From an uncultured delta proteobacterium (GTDB lineage: Bacteria > Myxococcota_A > Polyangia > Polyangiales > Polyangiaceae): a stretch of 64,000 nt of DNA. Position numbers and translations under genes: made by a program. The notes below the pieces were generated by a model, which saw only the letters and a list, made by a program, of their open reading frames with translations, was not told where the DNA came from and did no database searches. Positions 1 to 9,659 of this stretch are shown here, piece by piece. Position 1 is the stretch's first letter. Every line of letters starts with the position of its first letter. The stretch spans positions 576,001 to 640,000 of the forward strand of contig CAVOKF010000008.1 of the NCBI GenBank assembly GCA_963696385.1. The letters are read 5' to 3'.

Positions 1-509
1 CGGCGCTCTCCGGGAGCCGGCGCCCGCACTTCGACCACGCGCTGCCGCTCGCCATCGACCGGGCCTCCGGTGGCCCGATCCACCGAGACCCCCAGATCGC
101 GAAGCGCGCCCTCGAACTGCGCCTGAAGCACGCGCAAGCCCCTGCCCAGGGATCCGTGGACGCCGGCGTCGAGCGGCCGTGCGGCGGCGAGCCAGCGCGC
201 GAGCAGCCCCCGGGGTGCCGTCCGGCGGCGCAGGTCGAACGCCGCGGCTTCTGCCGCCACGCGTTCGATCGCGTCGGCGACCGGGATGAGCGCCCGCAGC
301 CAGCGCTCCCCGTCGTCGGCCTCCGCGGTCGCTGGATCGACCGTGTCTTCGAGGTCGTCGTCTCGCATCTCTTCGGCCTGCGCACGGAGCGCATCGAGGC
401 AGGACTCGGCCGCGGCCTGCGCCGCAATCGCCGCACGCCCCTGCCGCCGTACCTCTTTGAGCAAATCGTCGAGGCGCACAGCCAGATCTTCCAGAGACGG
501 ATCGCTCAT
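1..509 (-). CDS. GrpE-like nucleotide exchange factor (3' end runs off the window)
   Basis: Not in the ORF track; translated by hand from ATG at 509, which overlaps the upstream stop as ATGA: MSDPSLEDLAVRLDDLLKEVRRQGRA...ERWLRALIPVADAIERV...GLRVLQAQFEGALRDLGVSVDRATGGPVDGERQRVVEV. This fits the GrpE coiled-coil / LPxxDxxER / GV...G..FD pattern, and the gene follows a J-domain gene. Confidence 0.7.
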   Translation of the reverse strand, partial: MSDPSLEDLAVRLDDLLKEVRRQGRAAIAAQAAAESCLDALRAQAEEMRDDDLEDTVDPATAEADDGERWLRALIPVADAIERVAAEAAAFDLRRRTAPRGLLARWLAAARPLDAGVHGSLGRGLRVLQAQFEGALRDLGVSVDRATGGPVDGERQRVVEVRAPAPGER

Positions 510-895
510 ACCCCCCCCTGGGGCGGCCCCGGGGCCTTCGCGGTCCGAGCCCGGGCCGGCGTCGCGACCGACCACGACTCCGAATCGGCGTTCATCGCAG
601 CCAGCCGCAAGAGCGCCACCGCCGTCGCGCCCGGGGGCGCCATCGGCGGCGCAGCGGGCGGAGCGGGGGGCGGGATCTCGGGCACAAACCGAGTCAAGAG
701 CTGCTGGGCCCGTGCCCACGGGTCGCTCAGCAGCTCGTAGGCGTCGCGGACCCGCCGAAAGCCCTCCGGATCGGTGTCGGGAGCGTGACCGACCACGGCG
801 CGTCGGTAGGCTCGCTTGATGACCGACGGGTCGTCCTCGGCGTCGCCGATTCCCAGCGCCGATCGGGCCTGCTCGAACGGGGTGACGAGACTCAT
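506..895 (-). CDS. J-domain (DnaJ-like) protein, probably a separate gene although in frame with the upstream ORF
   Basis: MSLVTPFEQARSALGIGDAEDDPSVIKRAYRRAVVGHAPDTDPEGFRRVRDAYELLSDP is a J-domain with an HxPD variant motif. Its ATG at 895 overlaps a TGA in the alternative frame. Confidence 0.75.
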   Translation of the reverse strand: MSLVTPFEQARSALGIGDAEDDPSVIKRAYRRAVVGHAPDTDPEGFRRVRDAYELLSDPWARAQQLLTRFVPEIPPPAPPAAPPMAPPGATAVALLRLAAMNADSESWSVATPARARTAKAPGPPQGGV

Positions 896-3226
896 GGCCG
901 CGGACTCGGTCGCCGCCCGCGCCGGGGGGGCGGCGCGATCCCGCTCTCGTTTGAAGAAATCCGCGACCGCCTCCATCATCGCGGGGCTCGGCGGCCCACG
1001 CTGGATGATCTCCCCGAGCTTCTGCTCGAGGCGACCCAGCTTGTCCGCGGGGATGTCCTGCATCTCGTCGAGTGGAACATCGAGCGCGTCGAGCACCCTG
1101 GCGAACAGTCCCTGCTGCCCATCGAAGAGGTCGAATTCCGGATCGCCGTCGTCGTCTTCGCAGATGAACGCGGCAATGCTGAACTCGGGCGCGAGCACCA
1201 GATCGAAGTCGCGCGCGGCCTGGGCCGGATCGGGCGTGCCGGCAATCTCTACGGGACGACGGCCGGTCGCGAGCCCCTTGAAGAAGGCGATCCGGTCGCG
1301 CGAAAGGCCGGGCGCGATGCGCGGCAGCAGCTTCGCTGCGAGCTCGACGGCGCCGGCCACCGCGAGCGCCTCCGCCATCGCGATGAGGGCCGGCCGATCG
1401 TCGGCCCTGCTCAGATCGCGCGACGCGACGACCAGCTCATCGCCGAGGCTCGCGAGCACGGCCACCGCCGAGAGCTTGGCCACATCGCGAGGCGACGTGC
1501 GCCAGGCCACCACCGTGGCGCGCAAATGCTTGCGCGCCACGTCGTCGGCGGCCTGGGCCCTGGCGATGACGACGGAGGCGGCGTCGAAGGCGAGGCGCGC
1601 GGCGGGACCCAGCGCATCGCGAAACGTCGCGGCGAGCGGGAGGGGAAAATCGTCGTCGTCGGCCGTGCGCGCGAGCTCGCGCGCGAGGGCGCCGGCCGTC
1701 GCGGCTCCAGGCACCATCCCCTCGAACGGAGCGATCCGACAGCGATCGCCGAGGATCTGCCGCGCTTGGGCGGCGAGCTCCGGATCCTGGGTCGCTTCCG
1801 CGGCGGCAAGCAGAAGCGTGTCGGCCCGATCCGTGTCGCCTTGGGACGCGGCGAGCGCCATGCGCTGCTTCCACGCCTCGATGTTGCCAGGCGCCTGCTC
1901 GAGCAGAGCGTCGAGACGCCGCTCGGCATCCGCCGGATTCCGCACGGCAACCGCCTCCGTCTCGACCAGGTCGAGCGTGTCTCGGAACTTACCAAACGCC
2001 AGCGGACGCGCCCGCGCCACCGACTCGAGCGCGGCCTTCGCGTCACCGGCTTCGAGCCATTCCTGGGCGGCGAGCTTGCCGGTCACGGCCGCGAGCGGCC
2101 CCGCACGGGCCGTCCTTTCGAGCACATGCGCGAGCCGATCGGCGGCCGCCGCCGCATCGCGGAGCGCCTGGCGCCCCGGCTTGCCGTCCCGCCGGTGGGC
2201 GATCTCAAGGGCGGCGAGCCATTTGCCGCGCAGCGCCTCGATCAGATCCGCCCCGAGCGCGATGCCGCGATCGAAGCTCTGCGAGGCCGCGGCGGCATTG
2301 GATCGGATCTGCGAGAAGCCGAGGTAGAGGGCCGCGGCCGGACGCTCGCTCGGGTCGAAGAGATCGATGCCGGCCTCGCCGATGATCGCGGCGGCCGTGC
2401 CCGGCGAGGTCGCCGCGGCAAGCCGTGCCGGCATGACCCGCGCGCGCAGATGCGGATCCGCCAACAGCACCGGGGGCAGGGCTGCCAGCTGATCGACGCG
2501 GAGGGCGGCCTCGGCCGCCATCCGTCGGCGCGCCTCCGCGTCGCGCGGCACGCGGGCCGACCGACTGAGGGTGACCAGGGCCGCGACCGCGCTCTCGGGC
2601 GCCTGCAATCCGGCGGCAGCGCCAATCTCCTCCGCGAAGGTCTGCGATCGCGCCGCTCTCGGGATGCGACGCACGACGGCTTTGGCCAGGTCGACTTCCC
2701 CGCGAACCGCGTGGCCGACCGCGCGAGCCGCGGCGTGCAGCGCACGCAGCGGCAGCGCCGCAGTCGCGGGCGCAGCGACCTCGCCGCGCACCGCCTGCAG
2801 CAAGGGTCCGATCGCCGTGGCGACCCGGGGGTCGGCGGCGACGAGCTGCGCGGCCACCTCGTCGTTTCCTGTGGCGAAAGCGGCGAGGGCCTCTTCCATT
2901 CGGAGCTCGGGCGTACGCCGGCCGCCTGCGGCGGCGACGGCGAGCGCCGGCACGGGCTCGCCGGCTCGGCGCAGCTTGCGGGAAAGCCGCACCGCGATCG
3001 CGTCGAGTTGGGCGCTGCGATCGTCCTGGGCCGCAGCGCCGGCCGCGGGCGCAGCGCCGTTCGCGAAGGCGCGCGTCAGGAGCGCGACGGCCGAGCGCGG
3101 GCTGCGCTCGACCTCGCTCTCCAGAACCGAGAGGTCACCCTGGACGAGTGCCCGCTCGTGCCGATGGGCCCTGCGATCGCGGCGGCTTCGTTTGCTCAAC
3201 AGTGCGTCGGGTACACGACCGGGCAA
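892..3226 (-). CDS. Large Ala-rich helical/TPR-like protein, first gene of the chaperone operon
   Basis: N-terminal ~775 aa of ORF 506..3226, with TPR-like segments (AERRLDALLEQAPGNIEAW). Removing one base at TTT 950-952 gives the C-terminus FFNESGIAPPPRRGRRPSPRP* with an ATGA overlap onto the J-domain start. Confidence 0.55.
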
Positions 3227-3564
3227 GCGCGTTCAAGAGGCAACCGGCTCGACTCGAAACGGGCACGATTTCTAGGCCGTGGTGAGCCGGTCCCGGACAG
3301 ATGACGGAGAGATCGTCAAAGGGACGACCTCGACCCGCGACCTAACCCCGACCGCGACTACCGCGACCAGGCTTGCACGCGCGCGACGAGTGCCTATTTC
3401 TCAGCCGCGGTCTTTGCCAAACGCCGTTCGTCTCGACCCACTAACGGGCCGGGATTCGCCGGCGCGGCGGCCGTGCAGGGAGAGAAATCGATAGGGCCCG
3501 GCTCGGCCCCGATGCGCACCCGGATGGGTTGCACCTTCGCCGCACAACGCACACCCTTCGTTCG

Positions 3565-4135
3565 ATGGCCGCGAAGCCGACACCGCCGCTCGATGACCTG
3601 CTGGCGCAGCTCAATGCGCTGCCGCCCGGCATGACGGGAGAGATCATCAAGGGGACCCTCTACACGATGCCGCGCCCCCTCGCGCGCCCCATGAGCATCG
3701 AAGGACTGCTCGTCGGCGACCTGACAACGCCTTACCAACGCGGCCGGGGCGGGCCAGGAGGATGGTGGATTCTTCCCGAGCCCGGCATCGGCTTGGCGGG
3801 ATCGCCTGAGTTTTCGCCCGAGGTGGCCGGGTGGCGTCGCGCACGCCTGCCGCAGCTACCCGAAGGCAGGCTTACCCTCGCGCCCGACTGGCTGTGCGAA
3901 ATCCAATCGATGAAGACCCGCGGATTTCGATTTGCGCGTTAAGCGGCCCTTCTACGCCGAGATCGGCGTCGAGTGGCTGTGGTACGTGGATGCCGACGCA
4001 CGGACACTCTCGGTGAGTCGGCTCCACGAAGGACACTGGCTCGAAGTCGGCGTCTACGGGGATCGCGAGAAGGTGCGCGCCGCGCCGTTCGACGCAGTCG
4101 AAATCGATCTCGCCGAGTGGTGGGGAGAGCCGTAG
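3565..4135 (+). pseudogene. Uma2/DUF820 family putative restriction-fold endonuclease, frameshifted
   Basis: GEIIKGTLYTMPRP...GGPGGWWILPEP...APDWLCEI continues in another frame as DLRVKRPFYAEIGVEWLWYVD...VRAAPFDAVEIDL. One extra T near 3925 joins the two parts. Confidence 0.8.
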
Positions 4136-4343
4136 GCGAGAGGATTTGCGACGCCGCGCGCCTCGCGGTCGCCCGCCGGCAGCGAGCTCCAGTTTTCAAG
4201 CGAGCTCGATCGGGATCGCAGCGAGCGGTGATTTACGTCGCTCAGCGGGGAGTTCAGTGGAGAGCTCCGCTCGTTGCGAGTCGATTGCGAGTCGCCGGTA
4301 CACCGGCTCCGGACCTCCGGACACGTGCTAGCCTTCGAGGGCC

Positions 4344-4682
4344 GTGAACGGGCGCGCTCTGCCGGCCGACCTTCGCAGCGCCATCGAGTCGTACGCGCGG
4401 CGGCTCTCCTTGCGTTTCGAGGGTCGCCTGCGCTTCGTGCGCCTCTTCGGATCGTGGGCGCGACACGAAGCCACCGAGGACTCCGATATCGACGTTGCGG
4501 TGGTGGTCGACGGGCTGACGCGAGACGAGTGGCGGGACGCCATATCCGACGCGGTCGAAGTCGAGCTCGCGGGTGGAGCGACGTTGTCGCCGTTCGTCGT
4601 CTCGGGGGAGCACTTCGATCTTCTCGTTCGCAGAGAGCGGCGAATCGCGACCGACATCCTCGAAGAAGGCATCGACGCATGA
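4344..4682 (+). CDS. Minimal nucleotidyltransferase (MNT) domain protein
   Basis: LFGSWARHEATEDSDIDVAVVVD matches the GSx10DxD Pol-beta superfamily motif; 112 aa. Confidence 0.88.
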   Translation: MNGRALPADLRSAIESYARRLSLRFEGRLRFVRLFGSWARHEATEDSDIDVAVVVDGLTRDEWRDAISDAVEVELAGGATLSPFVVSGEHFDLLVRRERRIATDILEEGIDA

Positions 4683-4801
4683 CCGGCGAAAACATCCGAG
4701 CCGGTGTTGCCGACGAAATGCGGCTCGCGCAGAGCGCGCTTCGAGCGGCGGACGCCTTGCTCGGGTTGGGGCTCGTCCCCGATGCGGCCAGCCGCACCTA
4801 G
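4679..4801 (+). pseudogene. Truncated HEPN domain protein (MNT partner)
   Basis: ATGA overlap with the MNT stop. MTGENIRAGVADEMRLAQSALRAADALLGLGLVPDAASRT* stops exactly where the HEPN 'SRxYYA' motif is expected. Confidence 0.65.
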
Positions 4802-4920
4802 CGGTCGCCGGGCGAATCGGATGCCCACCGCTCGGAGTTGCCGCTCCAACTCCTTCACGCGACGGGCATGGCCACCGGTGCTCACGCCGGAGTGCTCGCA
4901 GAGCCTGTCGATATCGTCGT

Positions 4921-6090
4921 CTACCTTCCCTCGAGCTCGGTCCCGGCCCGCAGCTTCTCGAGGTACGCCGAGTACGCGAAGCTCCGGTCCCGCCGCTTCC
5001 CGCTCGTCTCGGTGAGGACGCCGAGGCGCTCCAGAAGCTGAACGGCCTTGCCGGCCGTGGGCTTGGTGCTCTTGAGCAGCTTGACGACACCGGGGATCGT
5101 GACGATGGGGTGAACCGGCAGCTGATCGAGCAGGCGGATCGCCATGACGGATGCGCCCGGCGCAGTGAGCAGCCGTTCGCGGTCCGTGCTCACCAGTGTG
5201 AACACTTCGCGCGCCGCAGCAACCGCCTCGTCGGCGATCGTGGCGACGCCCTCAAGGAAGAAATCGGTCCACGCCTCCCAAGCACCGGTGCGCCGGACGG
5301 CGCCGAGCAGACGGTAGTACTCCGCCCAATGACGCTTGAAGAACAGACTCAGGTAGAGAAGCGGCGCGGACAGTAGCTTCCAGTGCTCGAGCAGAACCGT
5401 GATGAGCAGCCGTCCGATCCGGCCGTTGCCGTCAAGGTACGGGTGGATGGTTTCGAACTGCACGTGCGCCAGGCCGACGCGCACCAGCGCAGGCAAGTCG
5501 TTCTCGGCGTGAAAGGACTTCTCCAGATCGCTAAGAAGCGCGGGCAACTCCTCAGGCGGAGCTGGGACGAAGACGGCGTTGCCCGGTCGCGTGCCGCCGA
5601 TCCAGTTCTGGCTGCGGCGAACCTCGCCGGGCTGCTTGGTGGCGCCTCGAACGCCGCGCATGAGTCTGCGATGCGCCTCGTTGAGCAGTCGCATCGACAG
5701 GGGCAACCCCTTCGGGCTCTTGAGCTGCGCTCGCGCGTACTTGACCGCGTCGAGGTAGTTGCAGACCTCGCCCACGCTCTCGACGGCGGCGCGGTCGTCC
5801 TGCTCGGCTTCGTACTCGAGCAGGTCGATCAGGGTGGCCCGCGTGCCCTCGATCTGCGAGGACACCACGGCCTCCTTGCGCACGAAGGCGTAGATGAACC
5901 AATCGAGCGACGGGACCATCTCGCCGGCCACCTCGAGCCGGGCCAACGCCTGCTGCGCGCGCGCCACGAGAGCGGCCCGCTTCGCGTCCATCTCAGGCGT
6001 CGGTGCCCGAGGGGGGAGCGGATGGGGCACGAACATGGCGACTGACTCGCCCGCCGTGGTTCGCTCCAACGTTCGGCCGGTTACACGCAC
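4921..6090 (-). CDS. Fic family protein (N-terminal Fic_N region, C-terminal wHTH)
   Basis: HVQFETIHPYLDGNGRIGR Fic motif and EAVVSSQIEGT motif. GTG start at 6090 is preceded by AGGA. The 801-aa track ORF is over-extended upstream. Confidence 0.92.
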   Translation of the reverse strand: MRVTGRTLERTTAGESVAMFVPHPLPPRAPTPEMDAKRAALVARAQQALARLEVAGEMVPSLDWFIYAFVRKEAVVSSQIEGTRATLIDLLEYEAEQDDRAAVESVGEVCNYLDAVKYARAQLKSPKGLPLSMRLLNEAHRRLMRGVRGATKQPGEVRRSQNWIGGTRPGNAVFVPAPPEELPALLSDLEKSFHAENDLPALVRVGLAHVQFETIHPYLDGNGRIGRLLITVLLEHWKLLSAPLLYLSLFFKRHWAEYYRLLGAVRRTGAWEAWTDFFLEGVATIADEAVAAAREVFTLVSTDRERLLTAPGASVMAIRLLDQLPVHPIVTIPGVVKLLKSTKPTAGKAVQLLERLGVLTETSGKRRDRSFAYSAYLEKLRAGTELEGR

Positions 6091-6113
6091 GTCGATTCCT
6101 TTGGGAAAGCATT

Positions 6114-6140
6114 CTTTACTGAGGACGGTCGCTAGTAAAG
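6114..6140. promoter_or_regulatory. Inverted repeat, putative operator upstream of fic
   Basis: CTTTACT-N13-AGTAAAG, an AT-rich perfect 7-bp dyad about 24 bp before the fic start. Confidence 0.4.
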
Positions 6141-6329
6141 GAACGTTTTCTAGCGATGCACGCTCGGAAAGCGCGCTTGCCGAGCGGTCTGCTCGCCGAT
6201 CCGTAGTGACCGACTTGCCGCCTCCGGCGGGTCCCGGGACGCGCCCCTTGAACGACCGCCGCGCATTCCTCGTGAGCACGCCGGCGAGACTCACCACGAC
6301 TCCCAGTTGGGACCGGACCCGGTCGACGA

Positions 6330-6415
6330 GCGTGCTCGGAGAGCGGCCGGTCGCCCGCCAGGGCGACGGGCGGCGCCTCGGTCGGCAGGCCGAGATGGCC
6401 GAAGATCTGGCCCAC
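6330..6415 (-). mobile_element. Remnant of an IS91-family transposase C-terminus
   Basis: VGQIFGHLGLPTEAPPVALAGD resembles the 'ILxHLGLPxxxPxxxxAR' tail of IS91-type transposases. Confidence 0.5.
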
Positions 6416-6419
6416 GGCC

Positions 6420-7148
6420 CTACGCCACGAGAGAGCGATAGGCGTCGGTGAGCTTCGCGAACCGGACTTGCAGTGAGCAGCGCTCGACGTCGCTTGCCCC
6501 AGGGTGCAAGTCCGGGTGGACCGCTCGGGCGAGTCGCCGGTAGGCGCGCTTCACCTCGGTCACGGCGGCGCCCGGCGCCAGACCGAGCACGTCCCACGCG
6601 CTCGACTCGACGGGAGCGGCATCGGCGACGGCGGTTCGTTCGCGCGCACGCCGGCGGCCGTGCAGGAATTCGGGCGGGCCGAGCGGGACGTCCCACGTGT
6701 CGGGACCGCGCCGGTCGTGCCACGTTCCGAGGAGGGCACCTCGGGGCGGGCGCACCGTGACGCGAAACGCGACCCGCGCGTCCTTGACTTGCTCGAGAGC
6801 GACCAGGCGCGCGCAGAGCTGACGGCGAAGGGCGCGGCCGACGACAGACGGAGCGAGGTTGAACTCGTCGACCAGCACCTGGCCGTGCAGCCGCTTGGAC
6901 ACCAGCGCGCGAAGGAGCGATCGCCGCAAGACGTCCTCGTCCAACGCGTTTTCGACGCGCAGAAACTCCGCGAGTGACGGGCTTGCCCCGTCGAGCTCCA
7001 CGGCCGACACCAGGCCCCCGGTCAGGTGGACCCTGTGAACGCGCCCTCGATCTTCGACGAATTCGAGCGAGCCGGTGGCCGCACCGCGGTGCAACACCCC
7101 GAGAAGATCGCCGAGTGTCGTCGACCGCAAACGACCCTGGAGCTGCAT
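6420..7148 (-). CDS. DUF4388-like N-terminal domain plus C-terminal J-domain protein
   Basis: Begins MQLQGRLRSTTLGDLLGVLHRGAATGSL and ends AWDVLGLAPGAAVTEVKRAYRRLARAVHPDLHP...FAKLTDAY, with an intact HPD. Confidence 0.85.
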   Translation of the reverse strand: MQLQGRLRSTTLGDLLGVLHRGAATGSLEFVEDRGRVHRVHLTGGLVSAVELDGASPSLAEFLRVENALDEDVLRRSLLRALVSKRLHGQVLVDEFNLAPSVVGRALRRQLCARLVALEQVKDARVAFRVTVRPPRGALLGTWHDRRGPDTWDVPLGPPEFLHGRRRARERTAVADAAPVESSAWDVLGLAPGAAVTEVKRAYRRLARAVHPDLHPGASDVERCSLQVRFAKLTDAYRSLVA

Positions 7149-7267
7149 GGTCACCCATTGTCGACCGATTGCGGCGCGAGGCCAAGTTCGCGGAAACGGG
7201 CCGCGGCGGAATTCGTGCCGGCGGGGCCTCCGAGGGGCGCCGCAAGGGCCGCGTATGCGTCGCCCTA

Positions 7268-7678
7268 TCATTCGCCAACGACGACGGCGCCCGCGATCGG
7301 CACCTGCCGCGGCTCACACAACGCACCGCGGCATACGACCAAGCGCACTCGTCCTTCGACCACTCCGCTCGCGGGGCCGTGAGCCACGAGCGCTAGCCCC
7401 CAGCGCCAGTGCGCGGCCTCCTGGACCGTCGCGTCATGCGGTCCGATGCGACCGCGAAGGGCGGATAGGAACGACGGCACGACGACGAGAATCACGTCTC
7501 CCCAGGAGATGGATTCCCCGTCCGCGACGCGCGCGTCGACGACGCAGCGCACCCGGCCCGGCCCTGGGACGGGATCGCACGTCATCGTCGCCACGGTCGG
7601 CCCGGCATCGTCGGCGTGCGCCCGCCGACCCGCCATCAGAACGACGAAGCACGCAGCGCACGCGGCGACTCGGCCCAC
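7268..7678 (-). CDS. Hypothetical secreted beta-rich protein
   Basis: Signal-like N-terminus ending AHA; four mature-region Cys; lies directly downstream of the ABC gene. The start codon is uncertain. Confidence 0.55.
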   Translation of the reverse strand: MGRVAACAACFVVLMAGRRAHADDAGPTVATMTCDPVPGPGRVRCVVDARVADGESISWGDVILVVVPSFLSALRGRIGPHDATVQEAAHWRWGLALVAHGPASGVVEGRVRLVVCRGALCEPRQVPIAGAVVVGE

Positions 7679-7682
7679 CGAT

Positions 7683-9371
7683 TCACGGGATACCAGACCT
7701 CGATGCGCTTGGGTCGACGCCGTGAAGCAATCCCCCCGCCCTTTCACCCTCAACCGCGGCTCTACCGGTATTGCCGACCACGCGCCCGCCTTCGAGCGTC
7801 ACGACGTGGGCCGCGACGCCCAAAAGCTCCGGTGTATGGGCAGCGAAAATGACCCCGTGCTCCCGGGCGAGCTCTCGGATCACGTCGGCTACGAGAGCGA
7901 TTCCGGCGCGGTCGAGGTTGGCGTCCGGTTCGTCGAGAACGAACAGACTCGCGTCGCGGCTCAGAAGACGGGCCAGCGCGATGCGTTGCCGCTCGCCGAC
8001 CGAGAGCGTGTCGACCCGCACTTTCAACGGATCGCGCCCGCCTCGTTGCAGCGAAGGCAAGATACCGACCCGGTAGAGCGCCCACAGCACGCGTTCATCG
8101 TCCGCTGCCGGCGCAAGCCAGCGCACCGCCTGCGCCACATCCGAGCGGGGCGGCAGGTACGGCCGTTGAGGCATGAAGGCGACCTGCCGCCGCCACGCGT
8201 CGGCGTCGACCTGCGCAAGGGCCACGCCTCCGACGCGCACAGCGCCCGACACAGGAGCGGCTAGTGCCAGAAGCAGCCGTAGACACGTGCTTTTGCCCGA
8301 CCCGTTGGGCCCCGCGAGCGCGAGCGCCCCCCTGCCCTCCCAGGTGAAACTCACCTCGCGCAGCGCGGGCGCACCGGCGACGCCCGGGTAGCCAAACGAG
8401 ACCTGGTCGAATCTCACCTCGCCGCGAGGCGTCTCCGAAGCGCAAGTCCCCCCAAGAGGCGCCACCGCGGATCGAATCACATGGGCCACGACGCCCACCC
8501 AGCGCTCGACCCGCGTGAGGCCGTGAATCCCTTGGGCCACACCGGCAAACGCGGGCGTCACACTGGCGAAGAGGGCCACTTCGGCGAGGCTCGCACTGGC
8601 CGACTGTCGGATCGAGGGGCTCAGCACGAGCGCGACCGCCACGAGAATGGCGATCGCCAAGAGAGGCAGGCGCCCGGAAAGGGCCGAGGATCCCGCGACG
8701 GCCGCTCCCGCCGCGCCCCAGTCGGCGGTCCGCCGTCGAAGCTTTTCGAGAAATGGCCCTCGAAAGCCGGAGGCGACGACTTCGAGCCGTCCGTCGAGGA
8801 TATCGGCGAACGTCTCGTAGGCCTGCTCCTGGACGTCCCACGCACGCGCCACCGCCCGCTCGACGGATCGACGCGACACGAGGAGCGCGCCCGCCGCGAC
8901 GACGGTGAGAGTCCCTGCGAGCAGGACAAACCGCGCGGGCTCGACCCGGACCACCCAGGCACCGAGGATCACGCACGACACGAGGTCGGCGACCAAATTG
9001 GGCAAGGTCCGCGAGACGGCCTGCGCGGCGTGAAAAATCGCCGTGACGATCTCGATTCGGGCGTCGTCTTCCGAAGAGACGTTGGCCCGCAGAACGTCGC
9101 CGTCGAGGACGGCTGCGGCGGTGCGATCGAGGAGATCGGCCTCGGTGCGCGCCGCGAACGCGTGCTGCGTCAACGTATGCGCCGTGAAGACGACGCTGAG
9201 AACGAGAGCCAGGCCAAGCTGTAGGGGAAGGCTTGACCCGAAGAGGACCCACGCCATGGCCGGCGCGAGGAGGCGTTGCATCAGCGCGGACCCGCTGACG
9301 ACGGTCGCTCGCCGCAGGATCGCTGGCGTGGCCAGGAGGCGACCTTCGTCGAAGACCGTGCGAAGCCGCAT
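7683..9371 (-). CDS. ABC exporter, fused transmembrane and ATP-binding domains
   Basis: Hydrophobic N-terminal half; Walker A GPNGSGKST, signature LSVGERQR, Walker B FVLDEP. Confidence 0.9.
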   Translation of the reverse strand: MRLRTVFDEGRLLATPAILRRATVVSGSALMQRLLAPAMAWVLFGSSLPLQLGLALVLSVVFTAHTLTQHAFAARTEADLLDRTAAAVLDGDVLRANVSSEDDARIEIVTAIFHAAQAVSRTLPNLVADLVSCVILGAWVVRVEPARFVLLAGTLTVVAAGALLVSRRSVERAVARAWDVQEQAYETFADILDGRLEVVASGFRGPFLEKLRRRTADWGAAGAAVAGSSALSGRLPLLAIAILVAVALVLSPSIRQSASASLAEVALFASVTPAFAGVAQGIHGLTRVERWVGVVAHVIRSAVAPLGGTCASETPRGEVRFDQVSFGYPGVAGAPALREVSFTWEGRGALALAGPNGSGKSTCLRLLLALAAPVSGAVRVGGVALAQVDADAWRRQVAFMPQRPYLPPRSDVAQAVRWLAPAADDERVLWALYRVGILPSLQRGGRDPLKVRVDTLSVGERQRIALARLLSRDASLFVLDEPDANLDRAGIALVADVIRELAREHGVIFAAHTPELLGVAAHVVTLEGGRVVGNTGRAAVEGERAGGLLHGVDPSASRSGIP

Positions 9372-9659
9372 CGGACGGCATCTTAGGCGACAGGGCGAAA
9401 TTCGAATGGCTCATCGCCCTCGTTGGACGTCCGCAGCAGCCGCGCTTGCTGGCTTGGTCGGGACAGCGCGGCTGCCGCTCGCCTTGGTTACGCTGGCACT
9501 CGGCCTATAGTGCCGCCGCGTTAGCTCATGACAAATAGATTGTTCTTGAGCCACGGCATTCCCGCAGACGGTCCTAGCAAGGAATTGCGAATCGGCCGTG
9601 GCACCAATTGGCTAGCACGCCTCGCCGAGGCCAAGCACCCCGTCGATATCAGAGGACGG

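Noticed and set aside
785..3304. 839-aa plus-strand ORF, and other long antisense ORFs (16199..18301, 22131..23819, 33696..35009, 31098..32252)
   Set aside because: Arg/Gly-rich shadow frames opposite well-supported genes, as expected in high-GC DNA.
6091..7326. Apparent 400-aa N-terminal extension on Fic (801-aa ORF)
   Set aside because: It overlaps the real J-domain gene in another frame and is low-complexity; a good RBS and GTG exist at 6090.
9406..9510. 34-aa hydrophobic ORF as a possible substrate peptide for the ABC exporter
   Set aside because: No RBS or leader motif, and it lies in the divergent promoter gap; support is insufficient.
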